NCBI GenBank assembly: GCA_013115145.1
Contig: JAAPAO010000208.1
Location: forward strand, 1 to 52,519
Direction: 5' to 3'
Origin: Perkinsus chesapeaki ATCC PRA-425
Taxonomy: Eukaryota; Protista; Perkinsozoa
Length of the DNA: 52,519 bases
Shown here: positions 49,304 to 52,519 of the stretch, piece after piece
Layout: every line of letters begins with the position of its first letter
Position numbering within the stretch: the stretch's first letter is position 1
The notes under the pieces: generated by a model
Told to the model about the DNA's origin: nothing
What the model saw: only the letters and a program-made list of their open reading frames with translations
Database searches by the model: none
Program-made: the position numbers and the translations under genes

Positions 49304-51479
49304 TTAATTTATTGAACTATGGTTGTTGTTGCCTGCACTGTTGTTGATCACCATTAGTCTATCGTCTACCTTAAGCAAGATATACAGGAGGAGGATCCAG
49401 TCGTTGTTCCTACGATTCACTAGTATTACTGTTTCTTGCGACCGGTGTTGCCGTCTTGTGTGGTTATAAGTGCTCAGCAACAAACGACTACAACAAGGAA
49501 CAAAAGTGTAGCAATTAGCCGACAGCCAACAAGCATAGCAACTTCGCCTTCCGAAATAAAGTTGTCGATCTGTCGGTCCATCCGAAACCTTCAAGCTTTG
49601 AGGCTTGGGTCGGGTAGGCTTAACTCCATCTCTGGAGCTTATTTTCTTATAGGCCCCTTGCAAGGTGACCACCATGTCAACAGCCCTTCAATATCTATTA
49701 TCAATGCCGAGCGTAGTTGAAAACCCTACGTCCACTGATCTCAAGTAGGTCTGTAACGCCCCCGCGTGTGGATAAGTATCGCATCGGCGTTCTACGTCGT
49801 TTCGCGTACACTCAGCAAGTTACTCAGATTACGTTAAATGAATACGACTGTAAACCAAAGTGCATGGAGTAAGAAACACTATCTATTCTTAAAGGCTGCA
49901 ATAGCATCATCTTCCTCTTTGCTCTCCCTCTTGTGCTTTTTGCTCTTCTTGTGGTGATGCTTCTTACTTTTCTTAGTTGTTCGGCTCCTGAACCCAACAG
50001 TGTCTTAAACCTACTCAGCTCCTTCCCGTACGTTTTGCTTGCTCCATCAAATCCAGTGTAACTACTACTTGCACCATCACCCATAGCGAATGACGATAAG
50101 CTGGCCGGGGACAGCCCCGGTGGCAAGGACGGCATCAGCCCAGTCGCCTGCATCCACAACAATGCGGAAGACGCCAAGACGCGCAGATACATTGAGGCTG
50201 TTAATTATCTCATCAGTCGGCCGCCATATGCTACTAGGCTCGTTCTCTTCCCTTTGCCGCATTTCCGATATGGCGACATCACTCTCCTCTGTCCACTCCA
50301 AATGCCCTCCTTTGTTAACGTTCATAATCTGTTCTTCAGCTCTTGCATTTCTACCACCATTCCCTCAATCACAGCTGTTGCTGCGCATCTTACCGAACGG
50401 CTTGGTCGGGATTCGGCGGCTGTCTCCACTTGCGTTGGCGTATCCGTGATGTCGGAGGCGTCAGACCGTCTCGTAGAGTCAATGGGAATTCAGGATCCAA
50501 CTAGTACAGTAGATCTCACTGCTCAGTATATTGGAGTTCTACCTCGATGCCTTGCTCTTGCAGTCGTTGCCGGTATTCAGACCAAGTCCCGCGAAACCCG
50601 ACGAGCATTTGACTTACGTCCCCAGTCTTGGTGAATACATGGTTGTTCGGTGACTTAAAAGATTCCACGAAGGTCGGAATGTCCAGTAATATCCCCGACA
50701 AAGTCTCATCGAATATCTAATAGATTCGTCAAGTCCGCTGGGCCCTTGGCATCATGAACTAGTCACCTTTATCGCATACGCTCTGTTCTTTTCCCCCTCT
50801 ACTGGCCGATCCACCGGGGTTATGTCGATAACACCATCAAGCTTTTTGGAGTACTCCTGACCGCAAGATCTGCTGCTCAAAGAACAAACGTGAGTTGCCC
50901 CACTTCATCTAGAACTGGTCGGAGCCGGTCGGCAAGGTCTTGCGGAAGTCTCAAGACGCACTGAAGGTCATAAGGCCATGGCACCTACAAGTGATGGTTT
51001 TGATTGAACTTAGTAATCCTGGGTACTTGATGGACTGTAGGAGGCTTTACAACTAGTCCGTTTGGTGGTAAGGCCTGACCACTGGTAAGATGTTCGGGAG
51101 GGGTGGCGCCACCGACACTGAACAAGAAATGTACTACACTGCGATTACGGACGGCTTGGGAGCAAGTGTGATGCCCGAGGGCCGGCTGAGGCATTACTGT
51201 ATTGAAAAATGTGATGACAGAGATGTTGTCCCACTTCTAGGAGCACCGAAGTCCATACCAGCCGACTGAGATGCCGACTGAGCTCCGCGGATCCGTAGTG
51301 TCATTGGAGCGTAATATGAGGTGCATTCCTTGCCATATACTACTCAGACAAACACAATACAGTGTGGAGGGTGAGAAAGACACTAACAACATACAAGTAG
51401 CAATATCCAATAGTTTTTCATTGACATCATCATCCTTCTCTTCATCATCATCAGCAGCAGTAGCTACCATAGGGTCCAT
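49304..51479 (-). CDS. TAF7: TFIID subunit TAF7-like (TAFII55_N domain); ends uncertain
   Basis: QCVLRLPQDLADRLR, SGILLDIPTFVESFK...KTGDVSQMLV and DGLTPPTSRIRQRKW (about 50960-50390), followed by a KH-rich tail. Confidence 0.78.
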
Positions 51480-52244
51480 GACCCGATTGTAACCTTTTTA
51501 TGTGGAATGTCCAATCTGTTGGATAACCATCTCTGCGGAGGTATTTAAACATTGGCATATCTTTACATCCTTAATCGAACCGTTTTATTACCCCACCACT
51601 GCCCGATCAGATTAAAGTTTGTTTAATCTATTCAAGCTGATTTTGTCCCAAGTTAAAGACTAACTTTAGGCATTCCCCAGGCAATGGTGTACGTGAGAAG
51701 TATGAGTTAAAGTGACGAAAGATCCAAGCGCCGACAACCACAACTCACCGCGTTGATTGAGAGATACTACCTTAGATATAGCTTACTATGAGCGAAGGAG
51801 CCACGGCGTGAGAAGTCCAATAATTAGCATACAATTAAAGAAGCCGGGCCAGTCGGGGCCGCCGAGAGGGCCTCGCACGGATCGTCTAATTGCATGAAAT
51901 GCACGAAGGGAGAATTCTACAATCGTCGCAACCGTTGCGTGTTGACCAATGTCCGATAATGGTGTCCCCCATAGATCTCCACGCGTCAGATCCGTCGCGT
52001 GGCCGGGCTGCTCTCCGGTCTCTCCAAGTAGAGATCGGCCATATCACTCTAGCACGTCCCCCTATGCGGTTGCACCAAGCAGTTGTAGCCCGGCTCAAGC
52101 CACTCATTTTCTGGTACCCAAAGGGTGTTAAACGAAGGAGATGTCACTACTGTGAAGCGTATCATGCGACATTTTACTAGACTACACAGGCAAAGCATCG
52201 GAACGTAGTGAAAGATCGGCCTGTAGGAATCCGCTTGATCCAAG

Positions 52245-52294
52245 GTATCTAGTGCTCTAGTGCTAGTGGTATCTAGTGTATCTCTATCTAGTGC
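52245..52294. repeat. Cluster of five CTAGTG motifs
   Basis: GTATCTAGTGCTCTAGTGCTAGTGGTATCTAGTGTATCTCTATCTAGTGC. Confidence 0.8.
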
Positions 52295-52371
52295 TCAATC
52301 CATTCGCGCCAGATATTCCACTATATAACGTTGAAGCTTATGGTTGAGCTCTGATTCAGTAGCTCTCTCTT

Positions 52372-52519
52372 ATGAAGCTGTTATTGCACTTAATGCCATC
52401 TGTCGCATTCTGTCTCTCGGCCATTGCTATCGCTGCTGGATTTGATGAGAATGAGCCGAGGAACGCTTTTAGGAAGTTTGAGAGAGGTACAGCAAAAGAC
52501 GTGGTGAAAGTGCACTCTG
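52372..52519 (+). CDS. 5'-partial putative secreted protein (runs off window end)
   Basis: MKLLLHLMPSVAFCLSAIAIAAGFDENEPRNAFRKFERGTAKDVVKVHS is open to the window edge with a signal-peptide-like start. Confidence 0.55.
   Translation, partial: MKLLLHLMPSVAFCLSAIAIAAGFDENEPRNAFRKFERGTAKDVVKVHS

Noticed and set aside
8315-51720. Recurrent GTGACG/CGTCAC hexamer in intergenic regions
   Set aside because: A 6-mer on two strands is expected roughly 25 times in 52 kb by chance; enrichment cannot be claimed without a count.
51886-52243. Overlapping 60-96 aa ORFs on both strands
   Set aside because: No domain signature or intron pattern; likely spurious intergenic ORFs.
1-52519. CRISPR arrays, rRNA, intact transposase or reverse transcriptase ORFs
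   Set aside because: No regularly spaced repeats, rRNA signatures or RT/integrase/DDE motifs were recognised.

Overview
Intron-dense eukaryotic DNA of roughly 50% GC, with most introns GT-AG and about 30-60 nt long. The intron style and gene set (HslV, AP-4, DNAAF1, TAF7) suggest an alveolate protist, most likely Perkinsus; this is inference. Because the genes are split into many short exons, most ORFs in the supplied track are single exons or antisense artefacts, so the gene models here were spliced by hand and the ends are approximate. About 25 genes or gene remnants are recognisable: a secreted Cys-rich protein (partial), anoctamin, IscA2, DNAAF1, two SHIPPO/PGP-repeat proteins, APRT, lumazine synthase, a degenerate Nudix protein, a P450 remnant, an SDR, ubiquilin, SRP19, a kinase, a PITH protein, HslV, a MAPR haem-binding protein, AP-4 epsilon, TAF7 and several unknowns. 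The main discovery is at 20796-24673, where a complete cysteine dioxygenase domain splices in frame, with no stop, into a CSAD/GAD-type PLP decarboxylase. This predicts a single-polypeptide cysteine-to-hypotaurine pathway. The second is an eIF2A fused in frame to polyproline, a GYF domain and polyQ (35892-38874, minus strand). A gene-free island at about 15.9-16.9 kb carries palindromes and short inverted duplications.
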